NCBI GenBank assembly: GCA_964470975.1
Contig: CAYYEU010000001.1
Location: 1 to 61,466, forward strand
Direction: 5' to 3'
Source of the DNA: an uncultured Mesoaciditoga sp.
GTDB lineage: Bacteria > Thermotogota > Thermotogae > Mesoaciditogales > Mesoaciditogaceae
DNA: 61,466 bases
Numbering within the stretch: position 1 is the first letter of the stretch; every line of letters begins with the position of its first letter. Made by a program: the position numbers and the translations under genes. The notes beneath the pieces were generated by a model. It saw only the letters and a program-made list of their open reading frames with translations, did not search any database and had not been told where the DNA came from. This document shows, one piece after another, positions 27,424-38,249 of this stretch.

Positions 27424-27849
27424 ATGGCAAAAGAAGTGATCAGACAGGTAAAGCTCCAAATTCCTGCCGGCAAGGCTACGCCAGCACCGCCTGTAGGTCC
27501 TGCATTAGGTCAACACGGTGTGAATATCATGGGTTTCTGCAAACAATTTAACGCTGCTACGGCAAAGCAAGCTGGTATGATAATACCAGTGGTCATAAGT
27601 ATCTATAAAGATCGCTCTTTCACGTTCATCACAAAAACTCCACCTGCATCGACTCTAATACTTAAAGCCGCAGGCCTAAAAAAAGGCTCAGGAGAACCTA
27701 ACAAAGTAAAAGTCGGGAAAATAACCAAGGCACAGCTTCTTGAAATTGCAAAGACAAAAATGGAAGATCTCAACGCTCGAGACTTAGAAGCTGCTTCACG
27801 TATTGTTGCTGGAACAGCAAGGAACATGGGCGTAGAGATAGTAGGATGA
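27424..27849 (+). CDS. rplK: 50S ribosomal protein L11
   Basis: [27 protein letters not shown]. Confidence 0.97.
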   Translation: MAKEVIRQVKLQIPAGKATPAPPVGPALGQHGVNIMGFCKQFNAATAKQAGMIIPVVISIYKDRSFTFITKTPPASTLILKAAGLKKGSGEPNKVKVGKITKAQLLEIAKTKMEDLNARDLEAASRIVAGTARNMGVEIVG

Positions 27850-27860
27850 GGTGAAGAAAA

Positions 27861-28559
27861 ATGCCAAAACGTTCGAAAAGATATACTGATCTCTTGAAGG
27901 ACTACGATAAGAACAACTCCTATTCCATTGAAGAAGCTGTGAAGATCGTGAAGAATTTGTCCACGGCAAAGTTCAATGAAACGATAGAACTTTCGATAAA
28001 AACTGGTATAGATCCAAAGAAGAATGAACAGCAAATAAGAAATACCGTAACTCTTCCAAATGGAACTGGCAAAAAGATCAGAGTTTTGGTCTTTGCGGTA
28101 GGTCCAGAAGCAGAAGAGGCAAAAAATGCTGGTGCAGACTACGTTGGAGGAGAAGAGCTTGCAAAGAAGATCACAGGCGAAGGCTTCCTTGATTTCGATG
28201 TGGCAATTGCCAGTCCGGATACGATGAAATTTGTTGGAAGGCTTGGAAGAGTGCTTGGACCTCGTGGACTGATGCCTTCACCGAAATCCGGAACGGTTAC
28301 AAAAGAAATAGGGAAAGCTGTTGAATCTTTCAAAGCTGGAAGAGTTGAAGTGAGAAATGACAAAACTGGGAACCTCCATCTTCCCGTTGGAAAGAAAAGT
28401 TTTACAGATGAAAAAATAGCGGAAAATATAAGTTCAGCATTAGAACAAATAAAGGCATTAAGACCACAAGGACTGAAGGGACGATTTATGCAAAAAGTTG
28501 TTATTGCCCCTACTATGGGTCCTGGTGTGAAGTTGGAATTCTCGAAATTTGAAAATTAA
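27861..28559 (+). CDS. rplA: 50S ribosomal protein L1
   Basis: MPKRSKRY..., [15 protein letters not shown]. Confidence 0.97.
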   Translation: MPKRSKRYTDLLKDYDKNNSYSIEEAVKIVKNLSTAKFNETIELSIKTGIDPKKNEQQIRNTVTLPNGTGKKIRVLVFAVGPEAEEAKNAGADYVGGEELAKKITGEGFLDFDVAIASPDTMKFVGRLGRVLGPRGLMPSPKSGTVTKEIGKAVESFKAGRVEVRNDKTGNLHLPVGKKSFTDEKIAENISSALEQIKALRPQGLKGRFMQKVVIAPTMGPGVKLEFSKFEN

Positions 28560-28569
28560 AAAACGTTTC

Positions 28570-28700
28570 GTACCAAAGACAGTGGGATTTTAAAGGTGAT
28601 ATACCTTCCCACCGAGGTGCGTGGATCGATTTAAGTTGGGAACGACTGACTTAGGTTTAAGATCAACGACCTCAAGGTGCGAGGCCGTTTTTCTTAAAGG
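28570..28700 (+). promoter_or_regulatory. structured rplJ leader (candidate L10(L12)4 autoregulatory leader)
   Basis: A 150-nt gap precedes rplJ. It contains the helix CAGTGGG...CCCACCG and the GC-rich pairs CGACCTCAAGGTGCGAGGCCG. Position matches the L10 leader known in many bacteria. Confidence 0.45.
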
Positions 28701-28709
28701 AGGTGCCAA

Positions 28710-29231
28710 ATGCTTAAAGAAAAAAAAGCCAAGATAATTGAAGAACTAAGCGACGCTTTATCGAAGAGTCCTCTTGCACTCCTTACTGATTACAAAGGAA
28801 TGAGTGTTGAAGAGATCACCAAGCTCAGAGATGAGTTATACAAAGTAAACGCAAAATACAGGGTCGTTAAAAACACGTTGGTTAAATTGGCATTGGAGCG
28901 TGCTGAAATTCCTACAGATGAGCTTAACTCATCTCTTGAAGGGACTACGGCTGTGCTTTACACAGAGGAAGACGCTATCTTGGCTCTTAAAGCTCTTTAC
29001 AATTTCATGAAAGAGACCAAGAAACCGATCGTCAAGTGTGGAATAATGGAGGGTAAATTCATCGATGCAGAACAAGCCAAAGAATTTTCCGCTCTTCCAC
29101 CAAGAGAAATTCTTCTTGCTCAATTGGTTGGGCAAATGCAAGCTCCAATCTACGGTTTACATGCAGTTTTGTCAGGCACTTTGAGAAAATTACTTTATGC
29201 TCTTAACGCAATTAAAGAAAAAAAAGAATGA
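28710..29231 (+). CDS. rplJ: 50S ribosomal protein L10
   Basis: L10-like sequence, positioned between rplA and rplL. Confidence 0.95.
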   Translation: MLKEKKAKIIEELSDALSKSPLALLTDYKGMSVEEITKLRDELYKVNAKYRVVKNTLVKLALERAEIPTDELNSSLEGTTAVLYTEEDAILALKALYNFMKETKKPIVKCGIMEGKFIDAEQAKEFSALPPREILLAQLVGQMQAPIYGLHAVLSGTLRKLLYALNAIKEKKE

Positions 29232-29255
29232 CAATTATTCAGGAGGTGTGATAAA

Positions 29256-29645
29256 ATGAATAAGGAAGAAATCATCAAAGCTATTGAGGAAATGACAGTC
29301 GCAGAATTGGCAGATTTGGTGAAAGAATTAGAGGATAAATTCGGAGTTAGTGCAGCAGCACCAGTTGCGGTAGCAGCAGCGCCAGTTGTTGGAGCAGCAG
29401 GTGGAGCAGCAGAAGCTGAGGAAAAATCATCCTTTAACGTTCTTCTAAAGGAGATAGGTGACAAGAAACTCCAAGTCATCAAGGTCGTTAAAGAAATTAC
29501 CGGATTAGGGTTGAAAGAGGCAAAAGTTCTCGTTGACAAAGCTGGCTCGCCAGACTCCATAATCAAAAAAGACGCAAGCAAAGAAGATGCAGAACAAATT
29601 AAGGCGAAGCTCGAAGAAGCTGGCGCTACAGTGGAGTTGAAGTGA
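29256..29645 (+). CDS. rplL: 50S ribosomal protein L7/L12
   Basis: Ala-rich hinge and C-terminal domain [19 protein letters not shown]...EAGATVELK. Confidence 0.97.
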   Translation: MNKEEIIKAIEEMTVAELADLVKELEDKFGVSAAAPVAVAAAPVVGAAGGAAEAEEKSSFNVLLKEIGDKKLQVIKVVKEITGLGLKEAKVLVDKAGSPDSIIKKDASKEDAEQIKAKLEEAGATVELK

Positions 29646-29688
29646 GGTAAGTTTAGCCTCTCATAATTCATCGCAGAATTGAAACGTA

Positions 29689-29731
29689 ACCTCATCGGAA
29701 TTGTAAACTTTCCGATGAGGTCGTTTTGCTT
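29689..29731 (+). terminator. rplL-rpoB intergenic attenuator/terminator hairpin
   Basis: 11-bp stem ACCTCATCGGA (29689-29699) / TCCGATGAGGT (29711-29721), followed by CGTTTTGCTT. Confidence 0.6.
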
Positions 29732-29764
29732 AAAAGTATTGATCCTTTGATTAAGGAATTTCTG

Positions 29765-32700
29765 ATGAGGAGAGGTGGAAAAGTGCAAAAAAGGAATAGG
29801 ATTTCCTATGGAAAGTTAAAAGATGCCATAGAAGTTCCAAATTTGATTTCTGTACAATTGGATTCATACAAAGAATTCATAGAACATGGCATAATAGAGG
29901 CTCTAAAGAAATTCTCCCCCATTGAATCTCGCCCACACAAAGCCGATGTAAAAAAGGGAAAAAAAGGCTTCAGACTTGAATTTGTGAAAGCCAGGCTTGG
30001 CGATGTCCGTTACACAGAGGAAGAGTGTCGTCTTAAGGATACAACCTTTAGCGCCCCTCTTTACATAACAGTGAGAATAAAAGACACACACTCAGGAGAG
30101 ATCAAAGAAAATGAAGCACTCTTTGGTTATCTTCCCGTTATGACAGAGCGTGGTACATTTATAATAAACGGCGCTGAGCGTGTTGTTGTACACCAGCTTG
30201 TTAGATCCCCTGGGGTATACTTCGTGCGTGAATTTGAAGGTTCAGAAAGAACTCCTATATTCTATGCCCATTTTCTTCCAGAAAGGGGAGCATGGCTTGA
30301 AATACTCCTCAACATGAAGAAGAAAATGCTCCAAGCGAGAATAGACAGAAAAAAGAAAGTAAAACTTCCACTCATGCTTAAAATATTTGGATACACAAAA
30401 CCACTTGATATTCTGAATTTGTACCCTTTAACTATTGCTGTGGATGAAGATGAACTAGCGGTTCACATAGGTTCAATAATACTCGAAGACGTTATAGCAG
30501 AGGGTGGGGAAGTTATTCATGCTGGTGAAAAGATATCTGAAGAATCAATATCGAAAATACTTTCAAGCGGTATAAAGGAACTGAAAATAGCTCACCCATA
30601 CATGCAAAAAACCATTGAGAATCTTGATGAAACCGAAAGTAATATGGAAGCAGACGATGCTTATATAGCTTTGTTCAGAAAGCTGAGACCTGGTGAAATA
30701 CCAAGAATAAACGTCGCCAAAAATTACTTTAACAGTCTTTACTTCGATCCCGAGCGTTATGATCTCACAGAAATAGGCAGGACAAAGATAAACGCAAAAT
30801 TGAAACTAAACGTGGAATCACGTGTTTTGACTAAAGAAGACATCATGGTTGCCATAAAATATCTCTTGGATATAGATCAGCACGAAGAAAGGCTTGATAC
30901 CAAAGATCATCTTGGAAATAAGAGGGTTCGAACTGTTGGTGAATTGATGAAAATTGAATTTGAACGGGGATTTTCAAGGGTTCAGAAGATGATAGAAGAC
31001 AAATTGAACATGTACAATTCTCTTGACAAGATAAACGTTCAGAGTCTTATAAATGTCCGAGCAGTTATGGCAACGCTTCATCAATTTTTTGCATCTAGCC
31101 AGCTCTCACAGTTTATGGACCAAGTTAATCCTCTTTCTGAAATAACTCACAAAAGAAGGATATCTGCACTTGGGCCTGGAGGTCTTAGAAGGGAAAGGGC
31201 TAGATTTGAAGTTAGAGACGTTCATCATTCTCATTACGGTAGAATGTGTCCCATTGAAACACCAGAAGGCGCGAACATAGGGTTAATAACTTCACTTGCC
31301 ACTTACGCCAAAATAGACAAATACGGCTTTTTAAGAACTCCATACAGAAAAGTTGTGAACGGCAAAGTTACAGATCAAATTGACTATCTTATGGCAGATG
31401 AGGAAGAGAATTTTAACATTGCTCCTGTGAACGTTAAATTGAGCCCAGATGGCATGCTTGAAGACGAAAGAGTCACTGTCAGATACATGGAAAGCTACAA
31501 GTACGTGAACAGAGACCAAGTTAACTACATAGACGTTTCACCTAAGCAGTTAATAGGCGTTTCCGCTGCTTTGATACCATTCATTGAAAATGATGATGCC
31601 AATCGTGCCTTAATGGGATCAAACATGCAACGACAAGGCGTTCCTTTGATCAATCCACAAGCTCCCTTAGTTGGAACTGGTATGGAAAAATATGTGGCTA
31701 GAGATTCAGGTTCAATAGTTATAGCGAGAAATTCAGGCGTGGTCAAGAAAGTGTCTGCCACAGAGATAATCATTAAAAGGGACGATGACAAAGGGAACGA
31801 TGTGTACAACCTTATAAAATACATGCGCACCAACCAGGACACGATGATGAGTCAGAGACCAACAGTTGACGTAGGCGATAGGATAAAAGCTGGCGATTGC
31901 GTAGCAGATGGCCCTGCAACGGACATGGGTGAATTGGCACTTGGAAGAAATGTGATGGTGGCCTTTATGTCTTGGGAAGGATACAATTTCGAAGATGCCA
32001 TCGCCGTCAATCAAGAACTCATAGAACAGGATGCTTTTACCTCTGTGCATATAGAAGTTTACGAAACGTATGCTAGAGAGACACGCCTTGGCCCCGAAGA
32101 AATAACAGCTGACATTCCAAATGTCTCCAAGGAACTCCTAAAGAATTTGGATGAAAACGGAATAGTTAGAGTTGGAGCTATGGTTCATCCCAAAGACATC
32201 CTTGTTGGTAAGGTTACCCCCAAAGGGGATAGTGAGCTTACCGCTGAAGAAAAAATAATGAGATCGATATTCGGTGAACGTGGAAGAGATGTAAAAGACA
32301 CGTCTTTGAAAGTTCCTCATGGTGTTGACGGTAGAGTCATAGGAGTGCATGTTTTTGAAAAAGGTGACATATCAGAGCTTGATTCAAGTGTTAACAAAAT
32401 GGTTAAAGTGTACGTGGCTACGCGGAAACCTCTTTCAGTTGGAGATAAAGTCGCAGGTCGTCATGGGAACAAAGGATGCATTTCCAGAATAGTTGCGAAA
32501 GAGGACATGCCCTTCCTTCCTGATGGCGCACCAGTCGATATGGTGTTAAGTCCACTTGGAGTTCCTTCTAGAATGAACATAGGGCAGGTGCTTGAAACCC
32601 AACTTGGTTGGCTTGCAAAATTGAGAGGAAATTACGTTGCAACTCCTGTTTTTGATGGTGCCGGTGAAGGAGATATATTCCAGCCACTCTATGAAGAGAG

Positions 32701-33181
32701 GAAGAAATATGGTCTTACAGAGGGGGACAATGAAAAACACCCAACTGGTAAAGTTACGTTGAGAGACGGCCGAACTGGTGAAACTTTTGATAGCCCAGTT
32801 GTTGTCGGCATCATGTACGTGATGAGGCTCATCCATATTGCTCAAGATAAGATACATGCCAGATCTGTTGGACCATACTCTTTAATACACCAACAACCAC
32901 TTGGGGGAAAGGCACAATTTGGTGGTCAGAGGTTTGGCGAAATGGAAGTTTGGGCTCTTGAAGCCCACGGTGCGGCACACATGCTTCAAGAGATGCTCAC
33001 GATAAAATCTGACGATGTAGAGGGAAGGAATGAGGCTTACAAGGCGATAATGCGAGGCAAAAATATTCCTCTTCCCAATTTACCTGAGAGTTTTAAGGTT
33101 TTGGTAAAAGAACTTGAAGGCATTGCACTCGATATCAGAGTGTACGATGAAAATGGTAATGAAATTGATTTGGATCATTGA
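29765..33181 (+). CDS. rpoB: DNA-directed RNA polymerase subunit beta
   Basis: Conserved beta motifs ([35 protein letters not shown]). ATG 29765 is preferred because TTG 29726 lies inside the attenuator tail; GTG 29783 is an alternative. Confidence 0.95.
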   Translation: MRRGGKVQKRNRISYGKLKDAIEVPNLISVQLDSYKEFIEHGIIEALKKFSPIESRPHKADVKKGKKGFRLEFVKARLGDVRYTEEECRLKDTTFSAPLYITVRIKDTHSGEIKENEALFGYLPVMTERGTFIINGAERVVVHQLVRSPGVYFVREFEGSERTPIFYAHFLPERGAWLEILLNMKKKMLQARIDRKKKVKLPLMLKIFGYTKPLDILNLYPLTIAVDEDELAVHIGSIILEDVIAEGGEVIHAGEKISEESISKILSSGIKELKIAHPYMQKTIENLDETESNMEADDAYIALFRKLRPGEIPRINVAKNYFNSLYFDPERYDLTEIGRTKINAKLKLNVESRVLTKEDIMVAIKYLLDIDQHEERLDTKDHLGNKRVRTVGELMKIEFERGFSRVQKMIEDKLNMYNSLDKINVQSLINVRAVMATLHQFFASSQLSQFMDQVNPLSEITHKRRISALGPGGLRRERARFEVRDVHHSHYGRMCPIETPEGANIGLITSLATYAKIDKYGFLRTPYRKVVNGKVTDQIDYLMADEEENFNIAPVNVKLSPDGMLEDERVTVRYMESYKYVNRDQVNYIDVSPKQLIGVSAALIPFIENDDANRALMGSNMQRQGVPLINPQAPLVGTGMEKYVARDSGSIVIARNSGVVKKVSATEIIIKRDDDKGNDVYNLIKYMRTNQDTMMSQRPTVDVGDRIKAGDCVADGPATDMGELALGRNVMVAFMSWEGYNFEDAIAVNQELIEQDAFTSVHIEVYETYARETRLGPEEITADIPNVSKELLKNLDENGIVRVGAMVHPKDILVGKVTPKGDSELTAEEKIMRSIFGERGRDVKDTSLKVPHGVDGRVIGVHVFEKGDISELDSSVNKMVKVYVATRKPLSVGDKVAGRHGNKGCISRIVAKEDMPFLPDGAPVDMVLSPLGVPSRMNIGQVLETQLGWLAKLRGNYVATPVFDGAGEGDIFQPLYEERKKYGLTEGDNEKHPTGKVTLRDGRTGETFDSPVVVGIMYVMRLIHIAQDKIHARSVGPYSLIHQQPLGGKAQFGGQRFGEMEVWALEAHGAAHMLQEMLTIKSDDVEGRNEAYKAIMRGKNIPLPNLPESFKVLVKELEGIALDIRVYDENGNEIDLDH

Positions 33182-33199
33182 CCTTAAAGGAGGGGTAAG

Positions 33200-36100
33200 A
33201 TGCTAGAGAGTAACCCCAAATTTTTGAAACTCCCCACGACCAAGATTGGGAGCGTGAAAATAAGTCTTGCTTCACCGGAACTTATAAGAAGTTGGTCAAG
33301 CGGTGAAGTTAAGAAACCAGAGACCATAAACTACAGAACCTTCAAGCCTGAAAAAGATGGCTTGTTTTGTGAGAGAATATTCGGGCCCGTAAAAGACTAC
33401 GAGTGTGCCTGCGGGAGGTACAAAGGAAAGAAATACGAGGGAACCGTATGCGAGCGTTGTGGTGTTAGGGTGGAGTCAAAAACTGCCAGACGCAGAAGAA
33501 TGGGCCATATAGAATTGGCTGTCCCCGTTGTTCATATTTGGTACCTCAAAAATATACCGAACTACATCTCCGTACTTTTGGACATTTCTCCGAGGGATTT
33601 GGAACAGATCGTGTACTTCGGATCACGTAGAACAGTCGAAACAGCTTACATGATCACGGATCCAAAGAAAACACATTTCGACACTGGAGACAAACTTTAC
33701 GGCACGGAGTACAACATCTACAAATCCAAGTGGGATTTCGATGTTGAAAATGCTGTGAGGATCAGAAATCCTCAAGGGCCTCTCACATCGGATATCGACG
33801 GTGTTGTATCGATAAGAGAAGAAACGACCAACACGGATAGAATCATCACGTGGGTTACCGTTTCACAAAAAGTTGACAACTCCCAGCTGAGAAAAGCCGA
33901 ATTTCCTGTGTATAGAGGCATGAAACTGGCTGTCAAAGACGGTGATGCCGTCAAAGTTGGCGACATGATAGCAGATGAGCTAGATCGCGGTGCTTTCAAA
34001 GCCCCCTTTGATGGGACGGCCGAAGTGGACGAGATCACTTCTACTGTGAAGGTGATACCACTTCCAACATCCAAAGATCAACCTGTAACGTACACAGTAC
34101 CGTATGGGGCAAAGGTTAAAGTTTCAAACGGTGCAAAGATAAAAAAAGGTCAAGAACTCGTCACATCAGTCCACATAAGTGCTATCCACTCTGACACGGA
34201 TGGGGTCGTTAAATTCTCAAAAAATCTTTCAATAGTTCAACGTGAAGATGGGAACTTTCACGCCAATTCTACGGCAAAAGTATACGTTGAAGAACCCTCA
34301 TTTGAGAGTGGACAAAGCAGAGAGTATCCAGTATTCGAAGGCATAACTCCTTACGTTGAGGATGGTCAAGAGATAAAAGCTGGAGATTACATAGCCGATA
34401 GGTTCGTGTACGAAGATGAAGATCTCTCCATGAGCGAATTGAATATCTTTGAAAAGTACTATCCTGGAAAATTCGACAAAGAATTCGAGTTTGAAAACGA
34501 CAGAACTGTCGTCATGGTAACATCCATCGATCCAGATGTATCAGTTGAGATAGGCAAAAAAGTTGGAGATGTTATTCTCGACAACGAGTATGAATCGTAC
34601 AAGGACATCTACATGGACAAAATTGAAGCAGATGTCGGTGCATCGGCCGTCAAAAAATTGCTTGAAGCTATAGAATTGCCTGAACTGGAAAACAAGCTTG
34701 AAGTGGAATTGCAAAACCTTTCTTCCACGGCTTCAAACAAAAAAATGAAAATTCTCAAGCGTTTGCACATAGTTAGAAGCTTCATAAAAAGCAACCAAAG
34801 GCCTGAATGGATGATCCTCGAAGTGATTCCCGTAATTCCGCCAGATTTGAGGCCTATGATTCAGATAGACGGCGGAAGGTTTGCGACAACGGATTTGAAC
34901 GACCTTTACAGAAGGGTTATAAACAGAAACAATCGATTGAAGAAACTTCTCGATCTCAACGCTCCAGATATAATAATAAGAAACGAAAAACGTATGCTTC
35001 AAGAAGCCGTCGACTCTTTGATTGCAAATGGCAAAAGAGGAAAATCAGTCACAGACAAATCTGGAAGACCCTTGAAATCGCTGACGGATCTCATGAAGGG
35101 AAAACGTGGAAGATTTAGAAGAAATCTACTTGGAAAACGTGTGGATTATTCCGGCCGTGCAGTTATCGTCGTCGGTCCTGAATTAAGGATAGATCAATGC
35201 GGAATTCCTAAGAAAATGGCAATGGAATTGTTCAAACCATTCGTTCTTCAAAAATTAGTCAAAAACGAACCTGACAAATCGGCCAGGAAATTAGGCAGAA
35301 TGCTTATAGAAAGAGAAGTCCCTGAAGCTTGGGAAGTTCTTGAAGAGGTCATAAAAGGTCATCCAGTTCTTTTGAATCGTGCCCCCACTCTTCACAGAAT
35401 AAGCATTCAGGCTTTTGAGCCTAAACTCATAGAAGGAAACGCGATACAACTTCATCCTCTCGTTTGTCCGCCATTCAACGCGGACTTCGATGGTGACCAG
35501 ATGGCGGTTCATCTTCCTCTCTCGGCGGCGGCACAGGCCGAGGCGAAGTTTCTCATGTTGTCAAAATACAACATAATAAGCCCTGCCCATGGCCAACCTT
35601 TGTCAATGCCTGGGAAAGACATAATCTTGGGAATGTATTATTTAACGATGATGAATGACAGTGTGGAAAAACCCAAGACGATCTTCTCATCGGCAGAAGA
35701 AGCAGTTATGGCATACTATCACCATTACATAACATTGCACACACCAATAGACATTTTGTTGAAATTCAACGATGGAGAGAAACTGATTAAGAACACAACT
35801 GTGGGACGAGTCATATTCAACGAAGAATTGCGTGAAGAATTGCGTGATTATTCTAAAACATACGATAAGAAAGCTATAAAGAATCTCGTATCTCGGACGT
35901 TTAATTTGTTCGATATAGATGAAACCGCAAGAGTGTTAGATCATATCAAGGATTACGGTTTTAAATACGCCACTGTGTCGGGAGTGACAATATCCGTTAG
36001 AGACATGCTCATATCTCCTAAGAAAACGAAGATAATAGAAGAATCCCAAAAAAAGATTGACTTTGTAGAAGAGGCGTTTGCAGGTGGCATGATAACCGCT

Positions 36101-38197
36101 CAGGAAAGATACAGTCAAGTGATAAAGATTTGGGAAGAAGCCACCAAAGATGTGCAGAACGTTACATATGAAGAACTTTCCAAAGATCTCTTCAATCCGG
36201 TATTCATGATGGTCAGATCTGGAGCTCGTGGAAGTGTTGATCAGATAAAACAGATAGCAGGAATGCGTGGGCTAATGGCTGATCCTTCAGGAAAAACCAT
36301 CGAAGTTCCCATACTCTCCAACTTCCGCGAAGGGTTGAACGTCATGGAGTACTTTATATCCACCCATGGTGCAAGAAAAGGATCGGCGGACACCGCTTTG
36401 AGGACATCTAATTCTGGATACCTTACCAGAAGGCTTGTCGATGTTGCTCAGTCAGTTACGATCACAGAAACTGACTGTGGAACAACCAACGGGGTAGAAT
36501 TGAAAACCCTTAGAGACGACGACGTGATCATAGAAAAATTGGAAGATTCGTTGTTTGGAAGAGTTCTTGCAGATGACATAATAAATCCAAAAACCAAAGA
36601 GGTCATGTACTCGCGAGACACTTTAATGGAAGAAGACGATGCCCACAAAGTTACAAGCACCATTGAAGAAGTGGAAGTTCACAAAAAAGAAACCATAAAA
36701 ATAGACGAAATTCCCAACATGAAAGATTACGCTGAACTTTCGAAAGTTTTTTATGATGACGATAATGGCACGATATCTGGGGTCGCGAACAAAGTGCTTT
36801 TCAAAAAAGGTGAGCCTTTGCAAAACGCATACAGAAGCCTAAAAAAACTCGATACAGACGAAGTAGAAGTTGAAGTGTATCCTTGTGTTGGAGGCGTGAC
36901 AATTGCACCGGTACTTTCCAAGAACGGAAAGCACGAGATAACAACATACGAAGAAAGAGTAACACCAGAAATAGCAAAGAGGTTTGTGAAAGAAAAAATA
37001 GACACAGTCACCCTTAGACCATACATAAAGATAAGATCTCCAATGACTTGCGATTCCAAAAACGGAATATGCGCCAAGTGTTATGGTATGGATCTTTCCA
37101 ATCACAGAATTGTACACGTTGGGGAAGCTGTTGGAGTCGTCGCAGCTCAATCAATAGGTGAACCTGGCACACAGTTGACAATGAGGACGTTCCACACAGG
37201 TGGAATTGCGACTACCGGCGATATAACTCAGGGTTTGCCAAGAGCTGAAGAACTTTTTGAAGCACGAAAGAAATTGAAGGAAGTAACTGGAATATTCAGT
37301 GAGGTGTCTGGACGTGTAAAACAGATAAACACCGAAGAAGGAAAACAAAAAATATACATAGAAGACGATGAAGGCATGCTGTACGATTACACCGTTCCTA
37401 AAAAGACTCAAATTAAGGTGAGAGAAGGCCAAAGGGTGTTGGCCGGCACGCCGCTGACTAATGGCGCGATAAGGCCGAGAGATCTACTGGAAAAAATAAG
37501 CTCCAATACGGCTTTCAGATATCTCTTACGTGAAGTGAAAAGAGTCTACGCTGAACAAGGTGTTGATATCCATGACAAGCACATGGAAATCATTATCCGT
37601 CAGATGTTCAACAAGGTTGAAGTTACGGATGGTGGAGACACAGACATTTTCCCAGGAACCCTTTTAACGATCGGAGAAGCTAAAAGGGTAAACGAAGAAA
37701 TATACCATGAAAACATGAAGATAGAAGAGAATCGTTCAAAAATTCTTGGAAAAGAAATCGCATACCACGTTGTAATAGATGAAGATGGAAAAGAAAGAGA
37801 AATAGCAAAAGTCGGACAAAAAATAGACGAAGAACTTTTAGACAAGATGATCACGATTGGAGTAAAAGGCGTTTACATAAAGGAAGGCGATAGGCAAAGC
37901 AGATACGATATAAATCCAAAAAAGGGATTGGAATACAAACAAAAGCTGCTGAGAATCACAAAAGCATCTCTTCACAGAGAAGGGTTTTTGAGTGCCGCTT
38001 CATTCCAACAAACTCCACAAGTTTTGGCAGAAGCTGCCGTTGAAGGTCGTCATGACTATCTGAAAGGTCTAAAGGAAAACGTCATAATAGGACAGTTGAT
38101 ACCGTCCGGAACAGGAATTTCGGTTTACAACAACATTCAAATAGAGTCTCACGCATCCTTGAAAGAAGAAACTGGAGAAAAAAAGGCTCAATCTTAG
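33200..38197 (+). CDS. rpoC: DNA-directed RNA polymerase subunit beta-prime (1665 aa, with lineage-specific insertions)
   Basis: Zinc motif CACGRYKGKKYEGTVCERCG, catalytic NADFDGDQM, and the trigger-loop/bridge region. Confidence 0.97.
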   Translation: MLESNPKFLKLPTTKIGSVKISLASPELIRSWSSGEVKKPETINYRTFKPEKDGLFCERIFGPVKDYECACGRYKGKKYEGTVCERCGVRVESKTARRRRMGHIELAVPVVHIWYLKNIPNYISVLLDISPRDLEQIVYFGSRRTVETAYMITDPKKTHFDTGDKLYGTEYNIYKSKWDFDVENAVRIRNPQGPLTSDIDGVVSIREETTNTDRIITWVTVSQKVDNSQLRKAEFPVYRGMKLAVKDGDAVKVGDMIADELDRGAFKAPFDGTAEVDEITSTVKVIPLPTSKDQPVTYTVPYGAKVKVSNGAKIKKGQELVTSVHISAIHSDTDGVVKFSKNLSIVQREDGNFHANSTAKVYVEEPSFESGQSREYPVFEGITPYVEDGQEIKAGDYIADRFVYEDEDLSMSELNIFEKYYPGKFDKEFEFENDRTVVMVTSIDPDVSVEIGKKVGDVILDNEYESYKDIYMDKIEADVGASAVKKLLEAIELPELENKLEVELQNLSSTASNKKMKILKRLHIVRSFIKSNQRPEWMILEVIPVIPPDLRPMIQIDGGRFATTDLNDLYRRVINRNNRLKKLLDLNAPDIIIRNEKRMLQEAVDSLIANGKRGKSVTDKSGRPLKSLTDLMKGKRGRFRRNLLGKRVDYSGRAVIVVGPELRIDQCGIPKKMAMELFKPFVLQKLVKNEPDKSARKLGRMLIEREVPEAWEVLEEVIKGHPVLLNRAPTLHRISIQAFEPKLIEGNAIQLHPLVCPPFNADFDGDQMAVHLPLSAAAQAEAKFLMLSKYNIISPAHGQPLSMPGKDIILGMYYLTMMNDSVEKPKTIFSSAEEAVMAYYHHYITLHTPIDILLKFNDGEKLIKNTTVGRVIFNEELREELRDYSKTYDKKAIKNLVSRTFNLFDIDETARVLDHIKDYGFKYATVSGVTISVRDMLISPKKTKIIEESQKKIDFVEEAFAGGMITAQERYSQVIKIWEEATKDVQNVTYEELSKDLFNPVFMMVRSGARGSVDQIKQIAGMRGLMADPSGKTIEVPILSNFREGLNVMEYFISTHGARKGSADTALRTSNSGYLTRRLVDVAQSVTITETDCGTTNGVELKTLRDDDVIIEKLEDSLFGRVLADDIINPKTKEVMYSRDTLMEEDDAHKVTSTIEEVEVHKKETIKIDEIPNMKDYAELSKVFYDDDNGTISGVANKVLFKKGEPLQNAYRSLKKLDTDEVEVEVYPCVGGVTIAPVLSKNGKHEITTYEERVTPEIAKRFVKEKIDTVTLRPYIKIRSPMTCDSKNGICAKCYGMDLSNHRIVHVGEAVGVVAAQSIGEPGTQLTMRTFHTGGIATTGDITQGLPRAEELFEARKKLKEVTGIFSEVSGRVKQINTEEGKQKIYIEDDEGMLYDYTVPKKTQIKVREGQRVLAGTPLTNGAIRPRDLLEKISSNTAFRYLLREVKRVYAEQGVDIHDKHMEIIIRQMFNKVEVTDGGDTDIFPGTLLTIGEAKRVNEEIYHENMKIEENRSKILGKEIAYHVVIDEDGKEREIAKVGQKIDEELLDKMITIGVKGVYIKEGDRQSRYDINPKKGLEYKQKLLRITKASLHREGFLSAASFQQTPQVLAEAAVEGRHDYLKGLKENVIIGQLIPSGTGISVYNNIQIESHASLKEETGEKKAQS

Positions 38198-38224
38198 AAT
38201 TCAAAAACGGTGTACGAAAATTTA

Positions 38225-38249
38225 AGCGGGGCGAAAACCCCGCTTTTTC
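38225..38249. terminator. bidirectional rho-independent terminator between rpoC and the convergent MFS gene
   Basis: AGCGGGG (38225-38231) / CCCCGCT (38238-38244) followed by TTTTT, with an A-rich stretch on the other side. Confidence 0.7.

Noticed and set aside
29195-29788. 197-aa antisense ORF opposite rplL
   Set aside because: It stays open only because the Ala-rich L12 hinge (GCN repeats) lacks stop codons on the opposite strand. It has no Shine-Dalgarno and a low-complexity translation.
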